Assembly (NCBI GenBank): GCA_019661785.1
Contig: JAIFWP010000002.1
Location: 39,059-103,058, forward strand
Direction of reading: 5' to 3'
Source of the DNA: Candidatus Parcubacteria bacterium
Lineage (GTDB): Bacteria > Patescibacteriota > Minisyncoccia > Phycocordibacterales > Zambryskibacteraceae
DNA: 64,000 nucleotides
Shown: in pieces, positions 8,334-18,400 of the stretch
How positions within the stretch are numbered: position 1 is the first letter of the stretch
Layout: each line of letters starts with the position of its first letter
Program-made: the position numbers and the translations under genes
Notes under the pieces: model-generated
The model's database searches: none
What the model saw: only the letters and a program-made list of their open reading frames with translations
Told to the model about the DNA's origin: nothing

Positions 8334-9150
8334 AGCGAAGCGACTCTCTGAAAGGCATCTCCGGAAGCCTGTGTTTGAAAGCTCTCACATTGACCCACAC
8401 ATTCCCTACGGAGTAAGGCGTATCCACCTCTCGCAGGAGCTCTGCGATGAAGGCGTCGTCCTCTGCGCCAACGCCCGTGAGAGTGACATGCTCTATCTTC
8501 TTATCCTTAGAGAAAAGGAAAACTTTGCGTATCTCGTTCTTGAGTAAGGCCATGGACTCTGTAGTATGGACACTCAAGTCTATAGGCAAAGTTGAGCTGA
8601 AGCGCACCATCTCGCTCTCGACTAAGTAGAGTCCGGTCTTAGTCTCGCTCAGGTCTAGGATGAGATACGCGCGAACATCGCCTCTCTCTATGAGCGCTCG
8701 CGCAACAGCCTCAGAGCGGAGGTCGTAGGATACTGGGGTAATGCCCGCAGCGCTCCACTCCTTGGCGTAACTCTCGGCCACATCGAGCGGCAAGACGGAC
8801 ACTGAGGCGGGAATGCTCTTCCCTTCCGCACTCGGCTCGCCCTCATACTCGAAGGAGTGCACGGATGTGGCGAGCTTCACAGGGGCGTTCTCCTCCACCG
8901 TGGAGGCCACGGCATCGCCCAAGTCTTTATAAGTAGCTGACTCAACCTTGATATTGAATACGTACGCCTTGTCATCTGGGATAGCCACACTTACGAAGTG
9001 GAAGCCCATAGCCTTGAACTTGTCCAAACTCATCTCTCCATAGCGAAATGGACTCAAAGAGATATATCTCACTATGCTACCCTCGACAGACACTCCTGCT
9101 TCAGCCAGATTCATATACTTAGGCGCAGGGAAAAGATCAAAAAAACTCAT
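8281..9150 (-). CDS. pilM: Type IV pilus assembly protein PilM-like (actin-like ATPase fold)
   Basis: A 289-aa protein with a PilM-like layout: the motifs AYLILDLSETKTGLYLV and LTGVGAEDDAFIAELL. It is first in the operon. Confidence 0.5.
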   Translation of the reverse strand: MSFFDLFPAPKYMNLAEAGVSVEGSIVRYISLSPFRYGEMSLDKFKAMGFHFVSVAIPDDKAYVFNIKVESATYKDLGDAVASTVEENAPVKLATSVHSFEYEGEPSAEGKSIPASVSVLPLDVAESYAKEWSAAGITPVSYDLRSEAVARALIERGDVRAYLILDLSETKTGLYLVESEMVRFSSTLPIDLSVHTTESMALLKNEIRKVFLFSKDKKIEHVTLTGVGAEDDAFIAELLREVDTPYSVGNVWVNVRAFKHRLPEMPFRESLRYAPAIGALLPPSRQLYV

Positions 9151-9183
9151 CTTGAGATTATATCACCGACATATCATTAAGTA

Positions 9184-9510
9184 TTACTTCACCTTAAGAC
9201 CGACTGGCGTGTCATCACTCACGCGCAAAAGAGAGAAAACAGTGTCTGTAGAGACAGCAAGTATCATGGCCTCGCTCGTAAGGCCCATGAGGGGTCTTGG
9301 TTCGAGATTCGTGGCAAAAGCACATCTTATGTTGACCAAATCCTGCGGATTTGGAAAATGTTTTCTAATCCCCGAGACTACAGTGCGCGGGCGCTCCTCG
9401 CCGAAATCCACTGTGAGCTTCAAGAGCTTGTCGCTTTGCTCGATGATCTCTACCGCTTTTATCTCCCCAATGCTTATCTCCCCCTTCTTGAATTCATCAA
9501 TTGTTATCAT
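9184..9510 (-). CDS. tRNA-binding domain protein (CsaA/Trbp111, MetRS C-terminal-like)
   Basis: KAVEIIEQSDKLLKLTVDFGEE...NLEPRPLMGLTSEAMIL is a typical OB-fold tRNA-binding domain. Confidence 0.7.
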   Translation of the reverse strand: MITIDEFKKGEISIGEIKAVEIIEQSDKLLKLTVDFGEERPRTVVSGIRKHFPNPQDLVNIRCAFATNLEPRPLMGLTSEAMILAVSTDTVFSLLRVSDDTPVGLKVK

Positions 9511-9890
9511 TTTGCTCTAGAGTCTATATAACTTTTTAATATGAGTGCCGCGGCCGAGGCATCGAGCATAGCATTCTCACCTTGGAGCTGCTTGGCCTCG
9601 AGCGAGGTGAGCATCTCTGGGTGGAGCACTACCTCTATGCCATGATCTTCGAGTGCTTGCTTGAAGACTGCTATCTCCGCCTGTATATCATTCGGCTCAC
9701 CCTTGAAGTCCTTCGACTCGCCGAGGATAACCCTCTCTACACCCTCTGCCTCACACATCTTCACTACCTCAGAAACCAAGTGGTGATCGTTTGGCAGAAC
9801 CGCTCTAGGCAGAGCGAACTCCCCTCGGCTATCAGTCGAGGCTACTCCCACCTTCTTTGAACCATAGTCTATACCCATGAGTCTCATCAT
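9507..9890 (-). CDS. ruvX: Holliday junction resolvase-like YqgF/RuvX
   Basis: The N-terminus MRLMGIDYGSKKVGVASTD and the C-terminus AAALILKSYI are both characteristic of this family. Confidence 0.8.
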   Translation of the reverse strand: MMRLMGIDYGSKKVGVASTDSRGEFALPRAVLPNDHHLVSEVVKMCEAEGVERVILGESKDFKGEPNDIQAEIAVFKQALEDHGIEVVLHPEMLTSLEAKQLQGENAMLDASAAALILKSYIDSRAK

Positions 9891-10137
9891 AGATAGATAT
9901 TATTATAACTGGTATACTAGCACCATGCTTAATTGGATAAACACGCACCCCTTCCTTAGCCTCCTTATCGTAGCCTGGACCCTAGCTTGGAAGGGTCTTG
10001 CCCTCTGGAAAGCCGCCGAGAGGAACCAGAAGTACTGGTTCGTCGCCATGCTTGTGGTGAGCACAGTGGGCATACTCGAAATCATCTATATCTTCTTTAT
10101 AGCTAATAAGTACAAGGTCGAAGTAATCCAAGACTAA
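9877..10137 (+). CDS. DUF5652-like small membrane protein
   Basis: An 86-aa 2-TM protein. The motif WKGLALWKAAERNQKYWFVAMLVVSTVGILEIIYIF is typical of a small family common in CPR genomes. Confidence 0.45.
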   Translation: MSLIIDRYYYNWYTSTMLNWINTHPFLSLLIVAWTLAWKGLALWKAAERNQKYWFVAMLVVSTVGILEIIYIFFIANKYKVEVIQD

Positions 10138-10141
10138 TCTG

Positions 10142-10228
10142 CGGAGGAGGTGAGATTCGAACTCACGGTAGCCTTTCGACCACGACAGTTTTCAAGACTG
10201 TTGCCTTAAACCGCTCAGCCACTCCTCC
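10142..10228 (-). tRNA. tRNA-Ser (anticodon TGA)
   Basis: The minus-strand sequence GGAGGAGTGGCTGAGCGGTTTAAGGCAACAGTCTTGAAAACTGT has a long variable arm and a discriminator G. Confidence 0.8.
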
Positions 10229-10251
10229 AAGGCCTATGCTACAATTTATTC

Positions 10252-10722
10252 GTGGCTAAATCTACCTTCACACTCGAGTGGCAGGCCCGAGAGTACGAGC
10301 ATAAGGAGCGTTCTCAAGACTGGTTTTGGGCGGCTGGCATCATCACTGCGGGGCTTGCGCTCGTCGCTTTCATCTTCGGCAATATCATATTTGGCATCCT
10401 TATACTCCTCTCGGCCTTCTCGCTCGCCCTGTTCATAAACCGTCCTCCAACAGATTTGCATATAGCCGTAACAGAGCTTGGGGTAACGCGAGGAAAGCTC
10501 TTCTACCCTGTTGAGACCTTAGCCTCCTTCTGGATAGACACCGACCACCCGCACAAGAAAGTGATACTCCGCTCTAAGAAGTTGCTCATGCCGCTTGTCG
10601 TCGTGCCTCTTGGCGAAGACGTCGACCCTGAGCGCTTGCACAGCCTTTTTATGAAAATCTTGCCCGAGGAATATCACCCTCTCCCCTTGCCCGAAAAGGT
10701 TTTGGAGTATTTGGGATTCTAG
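10252..10722 (+). CDS. Hypothetical 2-TM membrane protein with C-terminal soluble (bacterial PH-like?) domain
   Basis: A 156-aa ORF. No family match is confident from sequence alone. Confidence 0.45.
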   Translation: MAKSTFTLEWQAREYEHKERSQDWFWAAGIITAGLALVAFIFGNIIFGILILLSAFSLALFINRPPTDLHIAVTELGVTRGKLFYPVETLASFWIDTDHPHKKVILRSKKLLMPLVVVPLGEDVDPERLHSLFMKILPEEYHPLPLPEKVLEYLGF

Positions 10723-10747
10723 TCCCTGTATGATAATCTGACGACAC

Positions 10748-10819
10748 GCTCCTGTCGTTCAACGGATAGGACATCAGATTGCGGATCTGAAAATCCAGGT
10801 TCGATTCCTGGCAGGGGCA
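10748..10819 (+). tRNA. tRNA-Arg with anticodon GCG (unusual isoacceptor)
   Basis: The sequence reads GCTCCTG TC GTTC AACGGATA GGAC A TCAGA TTGCGGA TCTGA AAAT CCAGG TTCGATT CCTGG CAGGGGC A. The anticodon stem is a perfect 5 bp, and the loop TTGCGGA gives anticodon GCG. Confidence 0.6.
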
Positions 10820-10826
10820 CAAACAT

Positions 10827-10853
10827 GAAAAAAGCGACACGGGTCGCGTTTTT
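10827..10853. terminator. Bidirectional rho-independent terminator (tRNA-Arg / rpsT)
   Basis: The hairpin gcgac-acgg-gtcgc is flanked by AAAAAA on one side and TTTTT on the other. Confidence 0.55.
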
Positions 10854-10932
10854 CAGTTTGTGCCGGCCGGAGCGCGACGGCGCGAGGCGGGGTCGCGAGC
10901 GCTTTCGGTAGAAAGCGACTTGTGACCACATT

Positions 10933-11196
10933 TTACGAGAGTTTCTTTACCATCTGTGCAAGACGGCTTTTGCGGCGGGAGGCGGTGTTCTTGTCGAGGG
11001 CGTGGGTCTTCACGGCCTTGTCGAGAGCCTTCTGGGCCGTGCGGAGGGCGAGAGCGGCCTCCTTCTTCTTACCGCTGGCTACGAGCTTCTTCACCTCTTT
11101 GACGGCGTTCACTGAGGAAGTCTTCTTGGCCTGATTGAAGACGCGCTTCTTGTCGGAGCTGCGGAGGGCCTTCTTGGCGCTTCGTGTAATTGGCAT
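10933..11196 (-). CDS. rpsT: 30S ribosomal protein S20
   Basis: An 87-aa basic helical protein. The motif MPITRSAKKALRSSDKKRVFN is typical of S20. Confidence 0.8.
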   Translation of the reverse strand: MPITRSAKKALRSSDKKRVFNQAKKTSSVNAVKEVKKLVASGKKKEAALALRTAQKALDKAVKTHALDKNTASRRKSRLAQMVKKLS

Positions 11197-11218
11197 GCCG
11201 AGATGCTATCATACCCGC

Positions 11219-11791
11219 ATGATTGGCACAATCTCCGGCACAGTGCGTCATAAGGATTTGCACACCATTATCGTCGATGTAGGAGGGGTCGGATATAAGG
11301 TCTTCTCTACTACAGACACGGCTCTTGAAGCGACTGAAAATGGCCCCATCTTCCTCTGGACCTACCTCTCGGTTAAAGAAAATGCCCTTGACCTCTTCGG
11401 CTTCCTCGACAAGGACAACTTGGATGTCTTCGAGCTCCTCATAGGCATCTCAGGCATTGGACCAAAGACCGCTCTCTCAATACTTAATGTCGCGACCCCG
11501 GCTATGCTCCGACAGGCAGTGGCCTCGGACGACACCACTTACCTCACTAAAGTCTCCGGCATAGGCAGGAAGAACGCCGAGAAGATAGTCCTCGAGCTCC
11601 GAGACAAGCTCGTCACGACAGTCTCCGACAAGCGAGGAGACATGCGCGCAGAGGGAGATGTCATGGAAGCGCTACTCTCGCTTGGTTACGACGAGAGAGA
11701 TGTGCGCGGCGTGCTAAAGAAAATCCCAAAGGACTTAGAGAAAACGAGCGAGAGAGTCAAAGCCGCCCTAAAACTCCTTTCAAACGGATGA
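11219..11791 (+). CDS. ruvA: Holliday junction branch-migration complex subunit RuvA
   Basis: The sequence MIGTISGTV...GVGYKV...LIGISGIGPKTALSIL has HhH motifs. The ORF-track start at 11135 overlaps rpsT, so the ATG at 11219 is preferred. Confidence 0.8.
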   Translation: MIGTISGTVRHKDLHTIIVDVGGVGYKVFSTTDTALEATENGPIFLWTYLSVKENALDLFGFLDKDNLDVFELLIGISGIGPKTALSILNVATPAMLRQAVASDDTTYLTKVSGIGRKNAEKIVLELRDKLVTTVSDKRGDMRAEGDVMEALLSLGYDERDVRGVLKKIPKDLEKTSERVKAALKLLSNG

Positions 11792-13074
11792 TAGACGACG
11801 TCCTGCACTCTATTAAAAGATTTATACCAAAGCGCCTCTTCGACGCTCTGGCTCCGGCATACCACTACACATTAGCTTTCTTTGGAGCTCTCATCTTCGG
11901 CTTCCCTTCTAAGAAGCTCCTGGTCATCGCTGTCACTGGCACCAAGGGTAAGTCGAGCACAGCCGAGATGGTAAATGCTATCTTCGAGGCAGCCGGACAC
12001 AAGACCGTGCTCATATCCACCATCCGCTTCAAGGTCGGCGAGGACTCGAAGCCCAACAAGAGAAAGATGACTGTGCCAGGACGCTTCTTCATCCAGCGCA
12101 TGTTAAGGGCGGGTCTCCGACAAAATTGCGATGTAGCAATTTTGGAATTATCGAGCGAAGCCGCCAGACAATACCGGCACAAGTTCATATACCTAGATGC
12201 GCTCATCTTCACGAACCTCTCACCAGAGCATATCGAGAGCCACGGCTCCTTTGAGGCATACCGTAGAGCCAAGCTATCGCTCACGGAGACTTTGTGTAGG
12301 AGATTAAAGAAGCACAGCATCATCGTCGCCAATGCTGACGACCCAGAGGCTCACCACTTCCTGAAGTGCGGAGCCGTGGACCAGCGTCCCTTCTCTCTCC
12401 GCGATGCTGAGCCGTACGAGGTGAAGGCAAACGGAGTGAAACTCACCTTCCGCGGCATGAGCATCGAGTCGGGGCTCCGGGGCGAGTTTAATATAAGGAA
12501 CATCTTGGGCGCAGCTACCTGTGCTGAGGCTCTCGGCGTATCTCTCTCAGCTATTAAAGAGGGGGTGGAACAATTATCAATCATCAAGGGCCGAGTAGAA
12601 TTCGTGAAGTTAAATGGCGAGACCGAGCAAGACTTCGACATAGTAGTCGACTATGCGCATACATCCGGCTCACTCACCGAACTCTACAAAGCCTTCGGCA
12701 ATCAGCGCAAAATCTGCGTATTGGGCAACACTGGCGGCGGCAGGGATAAGTGGAAGCGCCCTGAGATGGCTCGCGTGGCTGACACCTTCTGCGACGACGT
12801 AATACTAACGAACGAAGACCCTTACGATGAGAACCCTGACAAAATCATCGAGGAGATGATGCCCGGCTTTAAACTCCACACTCCTGCCGTTGTCATGGAT
12901 CGCCGCGCTGCCATAGCTGAAGCCCTAAGGCGCGCCAAGGGCGGCGATGCCGTGCTCATCACAGGTAAAGGCACCGACCCATACATCATGGAAGCAAATG
13001 GTAAGAAAACTCCTTGGTCCGACTACGAAGTGGCCAAAGAAGAGTTGGAAAAACTTTTGAATAAGAATGCCTGA
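11788..13074 (+). CDS. murE: Mur ligase family protein, MurE-like (UDP-N-acetylmuramoyl-tripeptide synthetase)
   Basis: Carries VTGTKGKSSTAEMV (a P-loop) and the Mur ligase middle and C-terminal domains. Its start overlaps ruvA by 4 nt. Confidence 0.65.
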   Translation: MIDDVLHSIKRFIPKRLFDALAPAYHYTLAFFGALIFGFPSKKLLVIAVTGTKGKSSTAEMVNAIFEAAGHKTVLISTIRFKVGEDSKPNKRKMTVPGRFFIQRMLRAGLRQNCDVAILELSSEAARQYRHKFIYLDALIFTNLSPEHIESHGSFEAYRRAKLSLTETLCRRLKKHSIIVANADDPEAHHFLKCGAVDQRPFSLRDAEPYEVKANGVKLTFRGMSIESGLRGEFNIRNILGAATCAEALGVSLSAIKEGVEQLSIIKGRVEFVKLNGETEQDFDIVVDYAHTSGSLTELYKAFGNQRKICVLGNTGGGRDKWKRPEMARVADTFCDDVILTNEDPYDENPDKIIEEMMPGFKLHTPAVVMDRRAAIAEALRRAKGGDAVLITGKGTDPYIMEANGKKTPWSDYEVAKEELEKLLNKNA

Positions 13075-13918
13075 ACTGCCTGAGGTACAGACAACGGTCA
13101 ATGGCTTGAATGCCACTGTACGAGGTAAAAAGATTGTTGACGTCTGGACCGACTACAAGAGCACGCACAAAATGCATCGCGGGAGCGTGAAGGAGGCTAA
13201 ATTTTATAAAGAATTCTGCCAGAAGGTTACTGGCCAGAAGATTATTAAAGCCGAGCGCAGGGCTAAGAACATTTTGATACACCTTAGTGGCGGACACACT
13301 ATCCTCGTGCATATGAAGATGACGGGACACTTCGTTTATGACAGGCCGGAGTATCCGCATGTGCGATTCAGCCTTAAGCTCGATAATGGCAAGACTCTCG
13401 CTCTCTCAGACATGCGCCGCTTCGCCAAGATAACGGTTATCGACACTAAAAATCTTGATACATCACTCCATCTTGGTAACATCGGCCCGGAACCGCTCGA
13501 AACATCCTTCACTTATCCCAAATTTAAAGAGCGCTTGCTCACGAAGCCCAAAGGCAAGATAAAGACCGTGCTCATGGACCCATCTGTCGTAGCTGGCATA
13601 GGCAACATATACTCCGATGAGATACTCTGGCGCGCGTGCGTGCATCCAGTATCTACAGTAAACAAAATCCCAGAAAAGAATTTGAAACTAATGTTCACTG
13701 CTATGAAGGAGACTCTCAATAAGGGTATAGACTTCGGCGGCGACTCCATGAGCGACTATAGGAACATCAAGGGTGAGCGAGGCGACTTCCAGAACCATCA
13801 TGAAGCCTATAGGCGCACAAACCAAAAGTGCTCGAGAGACAAAGGAATTATAAAAAGATTAGTAGTTGGCAGCCGCTCAGCGCACTTCTGTCCCGTACAT
13901 CAGAAACTATTTCAGTAA
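13067..13918 (+). CDS. mutM: Formamidopyrimidine-DNA glycosylase (Fpg/MutM)
   Basis: The N-terminal catalytic motif MPELPEV and a C-terminal CxxC...CxxH zinc finger are both present. Confidence 0.8.
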   Translation: MPELPEVQTTVNGLNATVRGKKIVDVWTDYKSTHKMHRGSVKEAKFYKEFCQKVTGQKIIKAERRAKNILIHLSGGHTILVHMKMTGHFVYDRPEYPHVRFSLKLDNGKTLALSDMRRFAKITVIDTKNLDTSLHLGNIGPEPLETSFTYPKFKERLLTKPKGKIKTVLMDPSVVAGIGNIYSDEILWRACVHPVSTVNKIPEKNLKLMFTAMKETLNKGIDFGGDSMSDYRNIKGERGDFQNHHEAYRRTNQKCSRDKGIIKRLVVGSRSAHFCPVHQKLFQ

Positions 13919-14401
13919 TTGGTAGAGCGCTATGCCTGTTGCTACAGAGACATTTAAAGACTCCTTCTCCCCTTTCATCTCTATCTCTACTATCTCGTCC
14001 GACATATCTAGCGCTTCTTTAGATACTCCGTCCACTTCGTTGCCAATGATCAACGCAAAAGGTTCTAGGTGCTTGGTTCTAGGTTCTAGCTTTTGGGCCC
14101 GAGAATCTTGTTCAAGGGCGATGATTCTAAAATTTTGAGATTTAAGTTCTTCGATAACTGGTCCAATATCTTTGACATACTCCCACTCGAGCATATCCTC
14201 AGAGCCTAGAGAGACCTTGGCGAAGTCCGCGCGCTTGCGGCCAAAGCGGTCAAGCGGAGCAGGAGTTGTGCCTATTAGATAGACTTTTGAGACTCCGAGC
14301 CCCTCAGCAGTACGAAATATAGAAGCCGTATTCTCTACGCTCCGGAGATTGTCTAGGACTAAAATCATGCTTCTCATGGTCAGATTAGGACATGGTATCA
14401 T
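13907..14401 (-). CDS. SpoU/TrmH-family RNA 2'-O-methyltransferase
   Basis: Carries ILVLDNLRSVENTASIFRTAEGLGV, IIGNEVDGVS and VATGIALYQL. The true start is probably an internal Met (near 14368-14377). Confidence 0.65.
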   Translation of the reverse strand: MIPCPNLTMRSMILVLDNLRSVENTASIFRTAEGLGVSKVYLIGTTPAPLDRFGRKRADFAKVSLGSEDMLEWEYVKDIGPVIEELKSQNFRIIALEQDSRAQKLEPRTKHLEPFALIIGNEVDGVSKEALDMSDEIVEIEMKGEKESLNVSVATGIALYQLLK

Positions 14402-14767
14402 TTGGGCATGCTAAATCCATTCCCCGAACTACTCAGTTACTCGACCTTGGCCCCTTTCATATTGAGAGTGGTCCTTGGGCTCGTCTTCCTCGACCTTGGT
14501 ATTTTAAAGATAAAGAGGAAACACCTTAGTTGGCCAGCCCTGCTTGGCGCCATAGAAGTGATAGGGGCCATCATGCTCTTCGTCGGCTTCTACACTCAGA
14601 TAGCCGCTCTCGCCATAGTTATCACCACAGCCACCGAGCTATATATAGAGTGGAAGGATTCTCAAGTACTGAAGGGTGACTTCGTCTTCTATCTCCTCCT
14701 CCTCGCTATCTCCCTCTCACTTCTACTCACCGGTGCCGGTGCCTTCGCCAGAGATATCCCCTTATAG
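14402..14767 (+). CDS. DoxX-family membrane protein
   Basis: A 121-aa 3-4 TM protein with a DoxX-like N-terminus RVVLGLVFLDLG..K. Confidence 0.45.
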   Translation: MGMLNPFPELLSYSTLAPFILRVVLGLVFLDLGILKIKRKHLSWPALLGAIEVIGAIMLFVGFYTQIAALAIVITTATELYIEWKDSQVLKGDFVFYLLLLAISLSLLLTGAGAFARDIPL

Positions 14768-14885
14768 TCTGTTTGTGGTCACGGATAGTTTTCTGCTGAA
14801 AACTTCCTCGACCCCGCCTCGCGCCGCCGCGCTCCGGCCAGCACAAACCGCAAAAAGCAGCTCAGGCTGCTTCTTTGTGTGTTTG

Positions 14886-14956
14886 TGCTCCCACATGGAA
14901 TCGAACCATGATCAATTGCTTAAAAGGCAACTGCTCTACCACTGAGCTATGGGAGC
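14886..14956 (-). tRNA. tRNA-Lys (anticodon TTT)
   Basis: The minus-strand sequence GCTCCCATAGCTCAGTGGTAGAGCAGTTGCCTTTTAAGCAAT... has the anticodon loop CTTTTAA. Confidence 0.85.
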
Positions 14957-14974
14957 GATACAGCTTAGATTAGG

Positions 14975-15394
14975 CTATTTCCTCGACGAAGTCGAGGTTG
15001 CTAGAGTGCCGTTCATGGTGAGGGCGGATATCTCGACTACCTTGTTCTCCGATGGTCTCCAGAGCACAGCGCGCTTGGCTATCGGGTATATGAGCACCTG
15101 GTCTCCAGCTTTTGAATTAATAAAGAAGGGTTGATTAACAAGCTTCGACGGATCGGAGACAGTTGCCACTGTTGGTACCTCACTCGAAGGAAGCACTGCG
15201 GCATATGAGACCTTCTCTACTATCTGCCTTACCTTGTCTTCGGCCGAGAGAGCTGGAGCGCGATAAATCTCTAGCTGCTTCAACATGAAGAACATGGAGA
15301 CTAGGAGCAATACTACAAGGAGGGTCAGCGCTAAGGTGACACGGCGAACGTTCTTCGGCACTCGCTTGAAGAACTTATTATAGTAATCAATCAT
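14975..15394 (-). CDS. Hypothetical membrane-anchored protein downstream of giant repeat protein
   Basis: A 139-aa protein with an N-terminal TM anchor and no recognised domain. Confidence 0.4.
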   Translation of the reverse strand: MIDYYNKFFKRVPKNVRRVTLALTLLVVLLLVSMFFMLKQLEIYRAPALSAEDKVRQIVEKVSYAAVLPSSEVPTVATVSDPSKLVNQPFFINSKAGDQVLIYPIAKRAVLWRPSENKVVEISALTMNGTLATSTSSRK

Positions 15395-15402
15395 CCCCTA
15401 CA

Positions 15403-18400
15403 TTATGGGGCCAGACCGGGGTCAGAAGCAATGTCTAGAGTGGGTTCAGGAGTTGATGGAGTGTCTGAGGACTCTGGAGCAGGCTCTGTCGCAGGAGGCT
15501 CGCTCACAGTATCTGTAGTAGTGGCCTCCGGAGCAGAAGGAGGGGTCGTTATAGTCGCCGAACCCGCAGTGGAGCAGACACCCTGAGTCTTCACCATCTC
15601 TCCGTTCGTTACCTGGAGACAATATGTAGCGCCAGTAGCTGTATCTGTCATCTCAATGCCTTGCGTGACCTTCAAGGTAGCAGTCTCAACTCTTGTGAAT
15701 ATGCCGAGCGCGGCAGTAACCTTGCTGCCTACCCACTCAAGAGCATTCTGCAGGGCATTGTTAGGTGCCTGTGATATCTGCATAGAGCCCTCGAGAGAGG
15801 CAATCCTAGAAGCGAGGTTATCTATAGTCGGGCTATCGATGCGATCTGCATATACAAGGCCTGCGGTGAGCTTCGGAGTGATGATTTCTAGCCCTGCCAT
15901 CAAGCGGTCAGTGCTTATCTCAGATATATAGCCTATTGTCGTCAGGCTGCCTTCCATAAGAGCAGCGAGAACATTCCTTGAGTCAGGTAATGCGCCGTTA
16001 ACGGCGAGTCCTGGCAAATGCTCGGCTGATAATCCTGAGTAATAGGAATTCTTAACGAATATCATAATCTTCCCCACTCCTCCCCCCGAGTATCCCTCAA
16101 GAGCCTGGCCTATGACCACTCCGGCCTTGAGAGCCTTAGCACCTACGCCGGGAGTGGATGATAGCGATAGATAATCTCCGGCTTTGATAGCGCCGTTCTC
16201 TATAGTGACCTTGAGCGGCACGCGTCCTGCCAGAGCTATAGGCACATCGCCTGGGCGGTTCTCCGCATCTGGGCCCGAGCCTAATACGACGCCAGGCTTC
16301 GTAGAGACGACACCCATCATCTTATCCTTCTCGCCGAGTACAGCCTTAGCTACACCAATACCACTCACAACACTCACCACGTCTCCAGGCTCCAAAGCCT
16401 CATTAGCCTGGTACATTTCCGCCAAGTCGGAGTTGCCGATGAACGTGGACACTGACGATATGCGGCCTGTAGTGGAAGCGGTACACCAGCCATCGCTGTC
16501 AACACAGAGACCTCCCTTCAAAATGTTCAACCCCGAGGGCGTCTTACCATCACCTATAAGCACATACTGGCCAGTAGGTATGCCCATGCCGACTGCGGCA
16601 GTAAGACCGGTGGTTGTAGCGCCGAAGAACTGGATGGTAGATGTACCTGCGCTGTTGTTGAAGGACATCAGAGGATACGCGTTGGTAGCGGTGCTCGTGG
16701 CAATAACCCAGGCCTGGTCAGTGAGCTGGAGAGTGGTGGTGGAGCGGTTCAAGAAGTTCTGGAACCCGGCCTTGTAGTTCACCTGGTCAGTCGACACGTT
16801 ACCGAAGTTCCCGGTTGTAGCAAAGAAGTTCGTTGTAGTCGCCTGCGTCGAAGTCGAGTTCTGGGTGAATAAGTTCTGAAGCGTTGTAGAACCAATAGCT
16901 AAGAAGTTCGTCGTGAATAAGTTAGTTGAAGTCGCGGAAGTGGTTGTGCCTTGGGATGCAAAGAAGGTCTGCAGCGTTGTAGAACCAATAGCCAGAAATG
17001 CCGTAGTGTAGAGGTTCGTGGATGTGGCTGAAGTGGTAGTGCCTTGAGCGGCAAAGAAGTTTTGCAGCGTGGTTGAACCGATAGCGAGGAAGTTGGTTGT
17101 AAATAAGTTAGTCGAGGTTGCCGAGGTCGTAGTGCCTTGAGCAGCAAAGAACTTCTGTAGGGTGGTGGAACCAATGGAGAGGAAGTCAGTGGTGTAGAGG
17201 TTCGTGGATGTGGCAGAAGTGGTTGTGCCCCTTTGAGCAAAGAAGTTTTGGAGAGTAGTGGAGCCTATGGCCAAGAAATCTGTTGTAAATAAGTTCGTGG
17301 ATGTGGCAGAAGTGGTCGTTCCTCTCTGAGCAAAGAAGTTCTGAAGCGTTGTCGAACCTATAGCCAGGAAGTTCGTTGTGAATAAGTTGGTAGAGGTAGC
17401 GGAGGTTGTGGTCCCAGCAGTTGCGGTAAAGAGCTGCAGGGTCGTCGAGCCATTGGCCAAAAGGTTTGTGTAGTAGAGGTTTGTGGCCGTAGCGGACGTA
17501 GAGAAGAGGGCCTGGAAGGAGGAAGATGCAGTAACCAGAAGGTTTCCGGCGTATAGGTTCGTAGCAGTAGCTGACTGGACAAAGAGCTTTTGCAAGGTGG
17601 TGGAACCAATGGAGAGGAAGTCAGTGGTGTAGAGGTTCGTGGATGTGGCAGAAGTGGTTGTGCCTTGAGTTGAGGTGAATCTCTGCAGAGTAGTGGAGCC
17701 GACAACAAATAAATCCCCTGTTCCATTGAACGATGATGTGGCGGTAATGCCGAAGAAGGCGCTTCCGGCAGACAACACTGTCGAGGAAGAGTTGTTGAAA
17801 GTATTCAACAAGCTCCAAGAGTTGGCCGTTGTCGTCGAGAAGTTGAGAGAGAGAACGCTTGATCCGCTCAAGAGAAGCGGGTATGTGGCGGTGAAGCTAG
17901 CTGATGATACGGATGATGCTCCGACACAAACATTATTTATAGAGAAGCAACCCGTCGATATATTGAAGCCGTTTGATGCGGTAGTCGTTGCGCTCCCGAG
18001 TGTGAGCGCGCCGCTAATGCTGACTGTAGATGAGAAGGTCCCCGTGATAGATACGATGTCATCAAGACTTCTTGAGATGGAGCTTGATACGTTAGAAACA
18101 TTTCTATCGCTCTGCTTAGATATCGTCTCGCGCATATTGCTGATGGCAGCTTGCAGAGCAGAAAACTTTTCTTGTATCAAAGGATCAATCCTATATGTCG
18201 ACAGCGCGGCGGACGATATTGCGGCTGGGGCGGAAATAGTTTTGGCCGGAGCAATCTTAACTGGAACAGGTTTCGCCTGAGTAGCTGACTGTGTCGTCTC
18301 TACCAAAGTTCTCTCAGCTGGGTTCACTAAAGATTTAATGATTGAGAGAGCGGAGGCTGCAGTCTGCGTAGCGCTGTTCATCGTTTCGAAAGCGGCGGCT

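Noticed and set aside
16184-18280. Plus-strand ORFs (197 aa, 201 aa and others) and minus-strand Pro-rich ORFs (16899-17240, 17358-17726) inside the giant repeat-protein gene
   Set aside because: These are frame artefacts of the repetitive Thr/Ser-coding DNA. The long minus-strand ORF with a signal peptide and coherent repeats explains the region.
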